Shown: positions 39,724 through 48,775 of the stretch, piece by piece
Position numbering within the stretch: the stretch's first letter is position 1
How the letters are laid out: each line of letters starts with the position of its first letter
Source of the DNA: Fidelibacterota bacterium
GTDB lineage: Bacteria; Fidelibacterota; UBA2242
Reading direction: 5' to 3'
DNA length: 64,000 nt
Assembly: GCA_049975265.1 (NCBI GenBank)
Contig: JBNGDF010000012.1
Span: 11,082 to 75,081, forward strand
Notes under the pieces: model-generated
Databases searched by the model: none
What the model saw: only the letters and a program-made list of their open reading frames with translations
Told to the model about the DNA's origin: nothing
Program-made: the position numbers and the translations under genes

Positions 39724-41144
39724 ATCCGTCCAGTTATAAGCGTGTTGATTCCGGAATAGTGGAAATGTTAAAAAAAATTGTCGGTCCCCGTTTTGTGCTT
39801 TGGGATGAGCCGGATAAAATGGAGCCTTATTCACATGATGAGGTGGTGGACAAGCGCTACATGCAGATGCCCGAAGTGGTGGTGAAACCGCGGACTGCCC
39901 AGGAGGTGGCTCAGGTGATGCAGTTAGCCAGCCGGGAAAATATACCGGTGACGCCCCGTGGTGCCGGGAGCGGGCTTTCCGGCGGTGCTGTCCCGGTGTA
40001 CGGTGGAATTTTACTATCTGTGGAGCGCATGAACAGCATTTTGGAAATTGATAAAGCCAATATGGTGGCGGTTCTTGAGCCGGGTGTGATTACCAATGAC
40101 CTGAATTTACTGCTGGCGGAAGAGGGGCTCTTTTTTGCGGGCTACCCCATGAGCGTGGAGAGCTGTTTTATCGGCGGGAATGTGGCGGAAAATGCCGGGG
40201 GCGGGCGAGCGGTGAAATACGGTGTCACCGGACGCTATATTATCGGACTGGAGGTGGTTACGCCGGAAGGTGAGATCATCCAGCTGGGCGGCAAACGGGT
40301 CAAGGATGTGGTGGGTTACGACCTGATTCATCTGATGGTAGGCTCCGAAGGGACGCTGGGGATTTTTACCAAAATTTTTATTAAACTGTTGCCGCTGCCG
40401 TCAAAGCGGGTAGACCTGCTGGTCCTGTTTAAAGATATCGCCAGTGCGGTGGCGCTGGTGCCGAAGATCATCGCTTTCGGCAAAATCATTCCCACCGCTG
40501 TGGAATTTATGGATAAAACCGCCGTTGAACTCGCCTGCCGCTATTTAAATGAACAGCTCTATTCGCAGGACGTGGGAGCCATGCTGCTGATCGAGCTGGA
40601 CGGCAACGACGAGCCCGGGCTGGAGCGGGAATATGAAGTGATCGGTAAAATGTGCGAAGAAAACGGCGCCATTGAGGTCTATGTAGCCGATAACGCCACG
40701 ACTCAGGAGCGGGTCTGGGCGGTGCGGCGCAATGTACCGGAGGGAATCCAGACCTTTTATCCCGTTAAAAGTTCCGAGGATTTGGTGGTGCCCATTGCCA
40801 ACCTGCCGGAAATATTGCCGCAGATCACTGCCATCGCAAAAAAGCACGATGTCATCATCCCCTGCTTTGGTCATGCGGGCGACGGGAACATACATACCAC
40901 GATTGTTAAGAAACCGGAAATGTCAATGGACAGGTGGCATGAAGTTCAGGAGACGGTCCGGGTGGCGCTGTATCAGATGGTGCTTGCCAAAGGGGGCACG
41001 ATCAGCGGTGAGCACGGTATTGGTCACAAGCGGAAAAAATATCTTTCCATGGCACTCGATCCGGTAACAATCCGGCTGATGAAGCGAATCAAGCAGGCTT
41101 TTGATCCGGATCATATTCTGAATCCGGGGAAAATGTTTGAATAG
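39720..41144 (+). CDS. FAD-linked 2-hydroxy-acid dehydrogenase (GlcD/LctD family)
   Basis: RGAGSGLSGG, NAGG, KYGVT, GSEGTLG, GHAGDGNIH, GEHGIG, LNPGK. Confidence 0.88.
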   Translation: MNPSSYKRVDSGIVEMLKKIVGPRFVLWDEPDKMEPYSHDEVVDKRYMQMPEVVVKPRTAQEVAQVMQLASRENIPVTPRGAGSGLSGGAVPVYGGILLSVERMNSILEIDKANMVAVLEPGVITNDLNLLLAEEGLFFAGYPMSVESCFIGGNVAENAGGGRAVKYGVTGRYIIGLEVVTPEGEIIQLGGKRVKDVVGYDLIHLMVGSEGTLGIFTKIFIKLLPLPSKRVDLLVLFKDIASAVALVPKIIAFGKIIPTAVEFMDKTAVELACRYLNEQLYSQDVGAMLLIELDGNDEPGLEREYEVIGKMCEENGAIEVYVADNATTQERVWAVRRNVPEGIQTFYPVKSSEDLVVPIANLPEILPQITAIAKKHDVIIPCFGHAGDGNIHTTIVKKPEMSMDRWHEVQETVRVALYQMVLAKGGTISGEHGIGHKRKKYLSMALDPVTIRLMKRIKQAFDPDHILNPGKMFE

Positions 41145-41155
41145 CGAAAAAAAAC

Positions 41156-41197
41156 TTGCAGTTTTGAAACTGTTTAAGTATAATTGTATATACAATT
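41156..41197 (+). promoter_or_regulatory. Promoter with overlapping operator 2 (regulator gene)
   Basis: TTGCAG-17 nt-TATAAT; perfect palindrome AATTGTATATACAATT at 41182-41197. Confidence 0.85.
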
Positions 41198-41219
41198 GAA
41201 TCAGGAGTAAGATCCAGCC

Positions 41220-42317
41220 ATGATCATCGATCGAAACAGCCCGGTACCGCAGTATTTTCAGTTGCAAACCTGGCTACGGGAGCAGATTGAGCAGAGGGTT
41301 TTTAAACCGGGCGATAAGATACCGACGGAAGAGGAGCTGGTCCATATCACCGGTCTGGCGCGGGCAACGATTCGTCAGGCGATCAGCAATCTGGTGAATA
41401 TGGGCTATCTGACCCGCAAACGCCGTCTGGGAACTTTTGTCACCCGGCGCTCAAACAGGACCCAGCCTAAAAACATCATCGGTGTTTTGGTGCCCGACAT
41501 CCGGAGCGGCTATACACCGGAATTAGCCCGGGGTGTGGAAGATGCCGCCGCCAACAATAAACTGAGTACAATTTTGTGTAACACCGATGACCTGTTTATC
41601 AAGGCGGCTTTTCATGCGGAGCGTCTGCTTGAGAGCAATATCGGCGGGGTGATCTTTGTCCCCACCGCCGCTTCCGACGAAAAGAATCTGCAGATTATTG
41701 ACAAATTTCGCAAGCGGAATATCCCCGTGGTGCTGGCGGACCGCATCATTCCGAACACCGATGTGGACTATGTGACAACCGATAATTTTCACGGCGGTTA
41801 CCAGCTGACCAACTATTTAATCAAAAAAGGGCACCGCAGGATCGGCATCACGCTCAGCACGCTTTTCAGCACCGAGCGGCTGCGTTATGAAGGGTACCGC
41901 AAAGCCCTGGAAGAGGCGGGAATTTCACCCGAATCCGGCTGGATCAGACTGCATGACGGACCCTTTACAGAAAAGCATTATCAGCAGGTCGCCAAAGATC
42001 TGTTGAGCCATGACCGTAAAATCAGTGCCATGTTCGCTGGGCATGACCGGATTGCCTATGTTGTTTATTCGGTTGCCCAGAAATTAGGCATAAAAATTCC
42101 GGTGGATCTGTCGATCGTAGGCTATGATGATTTACATTCCACCTGCTCCCATCTGATTTCCCTGACGACCATGCATCAACCGATTTATGAGATGGGGCAG
42201 GAGAGTCTCGGAATTCTGGTTTCCAGGATGAATGGTGACAACGGGGGGCTCAAGCGACTGGAGTTAAAATCCAATTTGGTGGAACGCAACTCGGTCGTAC
42301 GCTTTAAGAATTCCTGA
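41220..42317 (+). CDS. GntR wHTH + LacI-type sugar-binding domain regulator (AraR architecture)
   Basis: PQYFQL...PTEEEL...RATIRQA...GTFV; then DNFHGG, GHRRIG, DLSIVGYDD, LTTMHQP. Confidence 0.9.
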   Translation: MIIDRNSPVPQYFQLQTWLREQIEQRVFKPGDKIPTEEELVHITGLARATIRQAISNLVNMGYLTRKRRLGTFVTRRSNRTQPKNIIGVLVPDIRSGYTPELARGVEDAAANNKLSTILCNTDDLFIKAAFHAERLLESNIGGVIFVPTAASDEKNLQIIDKFRKRNIPVVLADRIIPNTDVDYVTTDNFHGGYQLTNYLIKKGHRRIGITLSTLFSTERLRYEGYRKALEEAGISPESGWIRLHDGPFTEKHYQQVAKDLLSHDRKISAMFAGHDRIAYVVYSVAQKLGIKIPVDLSIVGYDDLHSTCSHLISLTTMHQPIYEMGQESLGILVSRMNGDNGGLKRLELKSNLVERNSVVRFKNS

Positions 42318-42347
42318 ATCCTAAAAAAAGTGAAAAGACATTAGTAA

Positions 42348-43361
42348 ATGAAAAAAATGATCAACATCGGATTGATTGGCACCGGACGGTTGGGGAGTAT
42401 GTATGCCGAATTTCTGGTTCAGCATGTCCCGCAGGCAAATCTAATTGCGGTGGCGGATTTGATTCCGGAGCGTGCACAAAAGATAGCGGAACAGTACGAT
42501 ATTCCGAAATGGTACGACAGTCATCAAGGGGTCAATCGCGATCCGCAGGTAGATGCGGTGGTGATTACGGCGACCACCGGCAACCACAAGGAGATTGTCA
42601 TTGATGCCGCCCGGGAAGGCAAACCGGTTTTCTGTGAAAAGCCGATGACGCTGAATCTTGACGATGCCCGGGAGATGAAGCGGGCGGTTATAACGGCGGG
42701 TGTTTTTTATCAGCAGGGTTATATGCGCCGGTTTGATAAGGGATTTTCGGCGGTAAAGCGGAAAATCGAAGAGGGTGTCATCGGAACGCCGGTGGTGTTT
42801 CGCGGATCATCCCGGGACCCCTTTCTGCCGGAGTTAGATTATCTTTTACCTGAGAACAGCGGGGGTCAGATTCTGGATATGGCGATTCATGATTTCGATA
42901 TTGCCCGCTGGTATATGGGTGATATTCGGTCGGTCTATACGATTGGCGGCGTGCTGGCATTTCCCGAAGTCAAGTCTACCGGTGATACCGATAATGTGGT
43001 CATGGCATTTACTTTTCAGTCGGGCGCACTGGGCGAAGTTGATATCAGTCGCAACGGCGTCTATGGCTATGATATCCGGGCGGAAGTACTGGGAACCAAA
43101 GGGACCCTAAAGGCGGGTTATCTGCGAGATACGCCTATTCTGGTAATGAACAAAGAGGGCGTAACCCACGACGTCGTACCCTATTTCCCGGAACGCTTTT
43201 GTGAAGCCTATGTCGCCCAATTGAATAACTATCTGAATAATCTTCGTAATGCAACCGACCCGCTGATCACCATTGACGACGGCATCAGTGGTTTGCAGGT
43301 CGCTGTCGCTGCGACAGACTCCCTGAAAAAGGAAACCGCCGTTAACGTTGCCGATTATTAG
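42348..43361 (+). CDS. iolG: Inositol 2-dehydrogenase (Gfo/Idh/MocA)
   Basis: IGTGRLG, CEKP, RRFD, SRDP, DMAIHDFD, YGYDIRAEV; context. Confidence 0.85.
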   Translation: MKKMINIGLIGTGRLGSMYAEFLVQHVPQANLIAVADLIPERAQKIAEQYDIPKWYDSHQGVNRDPQVDAVVITATTGNHKEIVIDAAREGKPVFCEKPMTLNLDDAREMKRAVITAGVFYQQGYMRRFDKGFSAVKRKIEEGVIGTPVVFRGSSRDPFLPELDYLLPENSGGQILDMAIHDFDIARWYMGDIRSVYTIGGVLAFPEVKSTGDTDNVVMAFTFQSGALGEVDISRNGVYGYDIRAEVLGTKGTLKAGYLRDTPILVMNKEGVTHDVVPYFPERFCEAYVAQLNNYLNNLRNATDPLITIDDGISGLQVAVAATDSLKKETAVNVADY

Positions 43362-43377
43362 AATTTTTTTTGAATAT

Positions 43378-43393
43378 TATTGTCTATTCAATT
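43378..43393. promoter_or_regulatory. Operator 3 (upstream of iolM)
   Basis: TATTGTCTATTCAATT; two mismatches to the reverse complement of operator 1. Confidence 0.65.
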
Positions 43394-43428
43394 ATATGAA
43401 TGTATCAATTAAAAAGAAAGGAAGATAG

Positions 43429-44616
43429 ATGAGAACCGTGACTCTTTTTGCCGACTGGGACCCTAAACCGGAGTTCAAGCTGGGTAGTAAGGATATCGAG
43501 GGTAAATTAACCTATCTTGGGAGCAAAGTCTGGCGGCATCCCCACGTGGAGATTGTGGAGAAAGAGATTCCGAAACCGGGTCCTTCGCAAGTGCTGATTG
43601 AAGTCCGGGCTTGCGGGATTTGTGGGAGCGACGTGCATATGCTGCAGACGTCGTCGGACGGCTACATTTTTTATCCGGGACTGACTGCTTTTCCGGCGAC
43701 GCTGGGGCATGAGTTTTCCGGAAAGGTGATTCAGGCGGGACCCCAAGCGATCAACAAGCGAACCGGTCTGCCCTACGAGGTGGGCGAGGCGGTCTGTTCT
43801 GAGGAGATGATGTGGTGTTCCTACTGTCGTCCCTGCGCCGACGGATTTCCCAATCATTGTGAGCATTTGCAGGAGATCGGTTTTTCCTGCGATGGTGCCT
43901 ATGCCAAATACATCGCCGTGGATGCCCGCTATCTCTGGAGCATTGAAGATTTACGACCAATTTACGGTGAGGAAAAAATGTATGAGCTGGGCAGCCTGGT
44001 GGAGCCGACGTCGGTGGCGTATAATGCGGTCATCGAACGGGGCGGCGGCATTCGACCAGGCGATAATGTGGTGATCATGGGCAGCGGTCCGGTGGGCATC
44101 GCTGCCTGTGCTGTTCTAAGTCGAGCCGGTGCGGCGAGAGTGATCATTTCAGAACCCTCCCAATCCCGGCGGGATATGGCGATTGCCATGGGTGCCACAC
44201 ACGGCATTGATCCGACCAGAGTGAATGCCGCCGATGCTATCCTAAATATTACCAATGGTGAGGGCGCCAAGCTGATTCTCGAAGCCACCGGTCTGCCCAG
44301 CGTGGTCTGGCCGGATGTGGAGAAGATTATCTGGGAAGGCAAAACTCTGAACACGACGGTGGTCATCGTAGCCCGGGCGGACGATAAAATTCCTATGAAC
44401 GGTGAAGTGTTCCAGGTCCGCCGGGCAAGTGTGGTTGGCGCCCAGGGGCATTCGGGACACGGAACCTTTCCACGGGTGATCAGCTCCATGGCAAGTGGCA
44501 TGGACGTATCGGGATTGATCACCAAGCGCATCAAGCTGGAAGAGGTACCGGAAAATCTGGTGCTGTTGCAAACCAATCGGGAAGAGGTGAAAATTACCGT
44601 TTTCCCTGAAGAGTAA
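43429..44616 (+). CDS. iolM: scyllo-inosose 3-dehydrogenase
   Basis: WDPKPEFKLGSKDIEGKLTYLGSKVWR N-terminus as in Thermotoga IolM; CGICGSD, GHE, GAQGHSGHGTFP. Confidence 0.92.
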   Translation: MRTVTLFADWDPKPEFKLGSKDIEGKLTYLGSKVWRHPHVEIVEKEIPKPGPSQVLIEVRACGICGSDVHMLQTSSDGYIFYPGLTAFPATLGHEFSGKVIQAGPQAINKRTGLPYEVGEAVCSEEMMWCSYCRPCADGFPNHCEHLQEIGFSCDGAYAKYIAVDARYLWSIEDLRPIYGEEKMYELGSLVEPTSVAYNAVIERGGGIRPGDNVVIMGSGPVGIAACAVLSRAGAARVIISEPSQSRRDMAIAMGATHGIDPTRVNAADAILNITNGEGAKLILEATGLPSVVWPDVEKIIWEGKTLNTTVVIVARADDKIPMNGEVFQVRRASVVGAQGHSGHGTFPRVISSMASGMDVSGLITKRIKLEEVPENLVLLQTNREEVKITVFPEE

Positions 44617-44649
44617 GATTCAACAAATAAAAAAAAGAGAGGTAACGAT

Positions 44650-45744
44650 ATGGAAGGCTGGCTGAAAACAGATCGAACCGACCTGAGTTTTGAGGACACG
44701 TCGGTCGGACGGCTGAAGAAGAAAATCTGGGAAGCTTCGGAAGATGAAATTTCCGAAATTCTGGAAAACTACGGAATTCCAACACCCTCGGAACTGGCGA
44801 AACCGGGTACCTATGTGCAGACAACCATTCGACAGAAAGTGGTGGAAAACCGCAAGAAAAATGATATTGTCTTTGTGCCTATTGGCTGTACCGAGCTGCA
44901 TGGTCGGCACACGGTCACTGCTTTGGACTCATTTATGGTGACCCAGATTCTGGAGGGTGTCCGCCGGGATTCGGTGAAAAAGGGCACGCCGGTGAATCTG
45001 GTCTGGAATCCGCTGAATTATGGCGGTCATCCCCATCACCATATCGGCATGCCGGGCACGATTCACATTGAGGATGAAGTGCTGAAACGGGTGCTGATTG
45101 ACGTCATGGTTGGTCTCTGGAATGACGGATTCCGTAAAATCATTCTGGTAAACAATCATGGTCACTCCTGGCTTCTGGAGGCGGCGATTCAGGAATTGCA
45201 GAAAACCTGGAATCTGCCGGGCATTTTCCGCACGATTGACTGGCATCGCGCCGTACGGGAGTTTTTCCGCACCAGAGATAGGGGCGGCGATTGGGAGGAT
45301 AATTTTTTCCATGCCGATGAAGCCGAAACCTCGGTAATGCTGCTGTTGGCGCCGGAATATGTCGAAATGGCGCTGGCGGAAGAGACCAGGGTAGAGGGCT
45401 ATCTGCCCGATGGTCACATGGATAAAGCGGTAGATCCCTTTGCTAGACCCTGCCGCTGGTCGGAGGGACAGGGGCACGGCCCGATGGAGATCAATTCGAT
45501 TCCCGAAGGGGTGGTAGGTCGTCCCACGATCGCCGAAGCCAGAAAAGCCCGGCGCACCATCGCTGCAATTTTGTCCTATCTGACCCTGTTATGGGAAGAG
45601 ATTCTGGAAGCCTATCCCGCCGGCACATTTCCGCCGATTGAAAAGACCACCATGCGAACGGAAAAGGAGATGGAACCGTACCTGAAGGAGCCTTTTACTG
45701 AGGGTTGGCGTCCAATCTATGCCATTCGCAAGATGGGATTGTAA
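44650..45744 (+). CDS. iolN: 3-dehydro-scyllo-inosose hydrolase (creatininase family)
   Basis: PIGCTELHG, HPHHHIGMPGT, NNHGH, HADEAETS; directly follows iolM. Confidence 0.88.
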   Translation: MEGWLKTDRTDLSFEDTSVGRLKKKIWEASEDEISEILENYGIPTPSELAKPGTYVQTTIRQKVVENRKKNDIVFVPIGCTELHGRHTVTALDSFMVTQILEGVRRDSVKKGTPVNLVWNPLNYGGHPHHHIGMPGTIHIEDEVLKRVLIDVMVGLWNDGFRKIILVNNHGHSWLLEAAIQELQKTWNLPGIFRTIDWHRAVREFFRTRDRGGDWEDNFFHADEAETSVMLLLAPEYVEMALAEETRVEGYLPDGHMDKAVDPFARPCRWSEGQGHGPMEINSIPEGVVGRPTIAEARKARRTIAAILSYLTLLWEEILEAYPAGTFPPIEKTTMRTEKEMEPYLKEPFTEGWRPIYAIRKMGL

Positions 45745-45824
45745 AAAATGAGAATGAATATCTGAAATAATCTGCCTGTGCCACAGATTGTGGTACGGGG
45801 CGGATTTAAATCGAAAGAAATCTC

Positions 45825-46817
45825 ATGAAGAGACAAAACATTCAATATTTATTGCTCAGTGCATTGATTCTGGCGCTTGCCATCGGTTGTCAACCCGAAA
45901 TACCCGGAACAGGCGAAGATGTTATTCCCCAACACGCCCAGTCTCTGGCGGAGCTGGAGGAGCCTTTTACATTTTTGATTGCCGGGGATCTGGGTCGCAA
46001 CGGATATTATTATCAGAAGCCCGTGGCGGAAATGATGGGGGCGGTTGTCGCCATCGTGGATGCGGAGTTTGTCGCAGCTGTGGGCGATGTCCACCATTTT
46101 CTGGGTGTCCGGTCGATTCATGATCCGCTCTGGGAGACCAACTTCGAGTGGATTTACAAACATCCCGAATTGATGACACACTGGTACCCGGTATTGGGCA
46201 ATCACGAATATGAGGGCAATACCCAGGCTGTTATCGACTATTCCGGAATTAGCCGCCGCTAGGAAATGTCTGCCCGTTATTATGAAAAGACGTGGCAGGT
46301 AGCCGGTAATACCGAAGTTCTGCTGCTTTTTATCGATACGGTGCCGCTAATTGACAAATATCGTAATAATCCGGAGGAGTACCGCGATGCCTGTACACAG
46401 TCCATGGAGCGGCAGCTGACCTGGATCGATTCCACTCTTGGCGCCTCCGGAGCCAAATGGAAAATCGTGCTGGGGCATCACCCCATTTATGCCGGTACAT
46501 ATAAAGATGATATTGAACGAACCGATTTGCAGAAACGCCTTCAGCCACTGCTTGACAAACATCATGTGGATTTTGTGGTTAGTGGGCATATTCACAATTT
46601 TCAGCATATCCGGGTGAAAGGCTCCGACATTGATTATTTGATCAACACTTCAGGTTCGCAGGCTCGTGAAGCTGATGAAAGACACCGGACGGAAGGACAA
46701 CTGTTTACAAGTTCGGATTCCGGCTTCTCCCTTTGTACGGTGAAAGAGGATGAGTTGATTATTACCTTTGTTAATAAAAAAGGGGAAATCATCTATCAGT
46801 ATGCCCGAAGCAAATAA
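45825..46817 (+). pseudogene. Purple-acid-phosphatase-like metallophosphoesterase lipoprotein split by in-frame TAG at 46260-46262
   Basis: Two ORFs in one frame: LAIGC lipobox, GDLG, GDVHH, GNHE | GHHP, GHIH. Junction reads SRR*EMSARYY. Confidence 0.85.
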
Positions 46818-46861
46818 TCCACGGAATGGTTTTTCCGGTTCCGGTAATTAGGAATGGAACA

Positions 46862-47674
46862 ATGAAGCTCAGTATAGTAATCTCGACCCAGCCGGCGACA
46901 TTCAATGCCCTGGCTTATAAAGGCAAAGTTGCAGAGAACATTGAAAAGGTGCGAAAACTGGGTTACGATGGCGTCGAACTGGCGGTTCGTGATCCGCGGC
47001 TGCTGGATTTGGCGGTGGTGAAGGCATTGACCATTGATACCGGATTTCCGGTGTCCGCCCTTGGAACCGGACAGGCTTTCGGCGAAGAAGGGCTGTCATT
47101 TTCCAGTCCCGATCGGACAATTCGCAGGAAAGCCATTGAAAGGATTAAATCGCACATTGATGTCGCCGCGCAGTTAAACGCAATTGTGATTATTGGATTG
47201 ATTCGCGGCATTGTGAAGCCGGGAGATGATCCGGAGCAAGCCGAGGCATGGATTATTGAGGCGCTCGATACGTGTGCCGCTGTTAATCCGGATGTCAAAT
47301 TGGTCATTGAGCCCTGTAATCGTTATGAAGCCAATACGGTCAACACGGTTGGCGAGGGCATGGCTCTGGTGGACAAACTGGGACGAGCAAATGTCGGTCT
47401 GCTGCTGGATACCTTTCATATGAATATCGAAGAGCCGGATATGCTGGAAAGTATTGAGAATGCCGGTCAGCGGTTATTTCACTTCCACATCGCCGATTCC
47501 AACCGCTGGTATCCGGGCGCCGGTCATATTGATTTTCAGGCGGTTTGCTGGAAGCTGTCCCAAATCGGTTATGCGGGCTTTCTGTCCGCTGAGATTCTGC
47601 CCTTACCCGATGCCGATACCGCCGCCGAAATGACCATTCATACAATGCGAAATTTGGAAAACATAAAAAAATAA
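46862..47674 (+). CDS. iolO: 5-keto-L-gluconate epimerase
   Basis: MKLSIVIST...F.ALA.KG, VELAVRDP, GTGQ, EPCNRYE, DTFHMNIEE, HIADSNR. Confidence 0.88.
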   Translation: MKLSIVISTQPATFNALAYKGKVAENIEKVRKLGYDGVELAVRDPRLLDLAVVKALTIDTGFPVSALGTGQAFGEEGLSFSSPDRTIRRKAIERIKSHIDVAAQLNAIVIIGLIRGIVKPGDDPEQAEAWIIEALDTCAAVNPDVKLVIEPCNRYEANTVNTVGEGMALVDKLGRANVGLLLDTFHMNIEEPDMLESIENAGQRLFHFHIADSNRWYPGAGHIDFQAVCWKLSQIGYAGFLSAEILPLPDADTAAEMTIHTMRNLENIKK

Positions 47675-47703
47675 AGCCCAATGGTATTGGGATTGGAGGA
47701 CCT

Positions 47704-48747
47704 ATGGAAATGATGAATGCGCTTGTTTTTAAGAAAGTCGGACAGATTGACTTTGAATGGATTCCAATTCCGAAAGTGACCGAGCCGAACCAGGTTCTGG
47801 TCAAAGTCGCCGCCTGTGGGATATGCGGCTCCGATGTTAAAATTCTCGAGGGTAAACATGCTTACCGGGAAAATACGGTACTGGGACATGAGTTTTGCGG
47901 AACGGTGGTTGAGGTCGGCAATAGAGTCACGGCTGTCAAAAAGGGCGACTGGATTGCCCTGGATAACAACTCCCGCTGCGGACTGTGTGAATTTTGCCGG
48001 ATGGGTATGAGCAGTCAGTGTGTGGAATTAAAGAATCGCACCCTGGGAGTTTTCAGGAACGGCGGTTTTGCGGAGTACACCCTGGCAACCGAGGACGTCT
48101 GTTTCAAAATTCCCGATACCATTGATGAAATTCTCGGGACTCAGGTGGAAACCCTTGGCACCGTGCTGAACGGAATGAATACCGTCCAGATGCAGTGTTA
48201 CGATTCGGTGCTGGTGCTGGGATGTGGTCCGATTGGTTACCTTTTTACCGCCATTGCCAAGAATGTTGCCGCCGAAGTTGCCGTAACGGAAATTGATCCC
48301 TTCCGGTTCAAAGTTGTGGAAAAGTTCGGAGTACCTGTTTTTAATCCCGATGAGTGTGATCTGGAAGCTGAGGTCATCAAACTCACCAATGGCAAGAAGT
48401 TTGATATTGTCATAGATGCGGTGGGGACCCAATTGGAGAATGCCCTGAAATATGTCACACCCGGCGGAAAAATTCTGGCATTCGGGATGGACAGCAGCTG
48501 TAAAGCGACGATTGATCCCTATATCGTTACCCGGAATGCGATTAAGATTCTGGGAACCTACATCGGGCAGAATACCATTTTGCCGGCGATTAAGCTCTAT
48601 CGAACCCATAAGCTGGAAATGGACAATTTTTTCACTGAAACACTGCCTCTGAGGGATGGTCCGGGTGCGTTTAGAAAGCTCGGTCTGGATTTAAAAACGC
48701 TGCAACACCTACCCAAACGGGCGATGAAGATTGTACTGAAGCCGTGA
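47704..48747 (+). CDS. Zn-dependent polyol/sugar-acid dehydrogenase (MDR family)
   Basis: CGICGSD, GHEF, CGLCEFC...C, GCGPIG. Confidence 0.88.
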   Translation: MEMMNALVFKKVGQIDFEWIPIPKVTEPNQVLVKVAACGICGSDVKILEGKHAYRENTVLGHEFCGTVVEVGNRVTAVKKGDWIALDNNSRCGLCEFCRMGMSSQCVELKNRTLGVFRNGGFAEYTLATEDVCFKIPDTIDEILGTQVETLGTVLNGMNTVQMQCYDSVLVLGCGPIGYLFTAIAKNVAAEVAVTEIDPFRFKVVEKFGVPVFNPDECDLEAEVIKLTNGKKFDIVIDAVGTQLENALKYVTPGGKILAFGMDSSCKATIDPYIVTRNAIKILGTYIGQNTILPAIKLYRTHKLEMDNFFTETLPLRDGPGAFRKLGLDLKTLQHLPKRAMKIVLKP

Positions 48748-48775
48748 AAATCAAGCTCGTTACAGAGGACTATGA

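Noticed and set aside
46260..46262. Pyrrolysine or amber recoding
   Set aside because: The position appears to be a family Trp, one substitution from TGG. TAG ends many intact genes here (e.g. trpB2, iolG) and no pyl genes are in the window.
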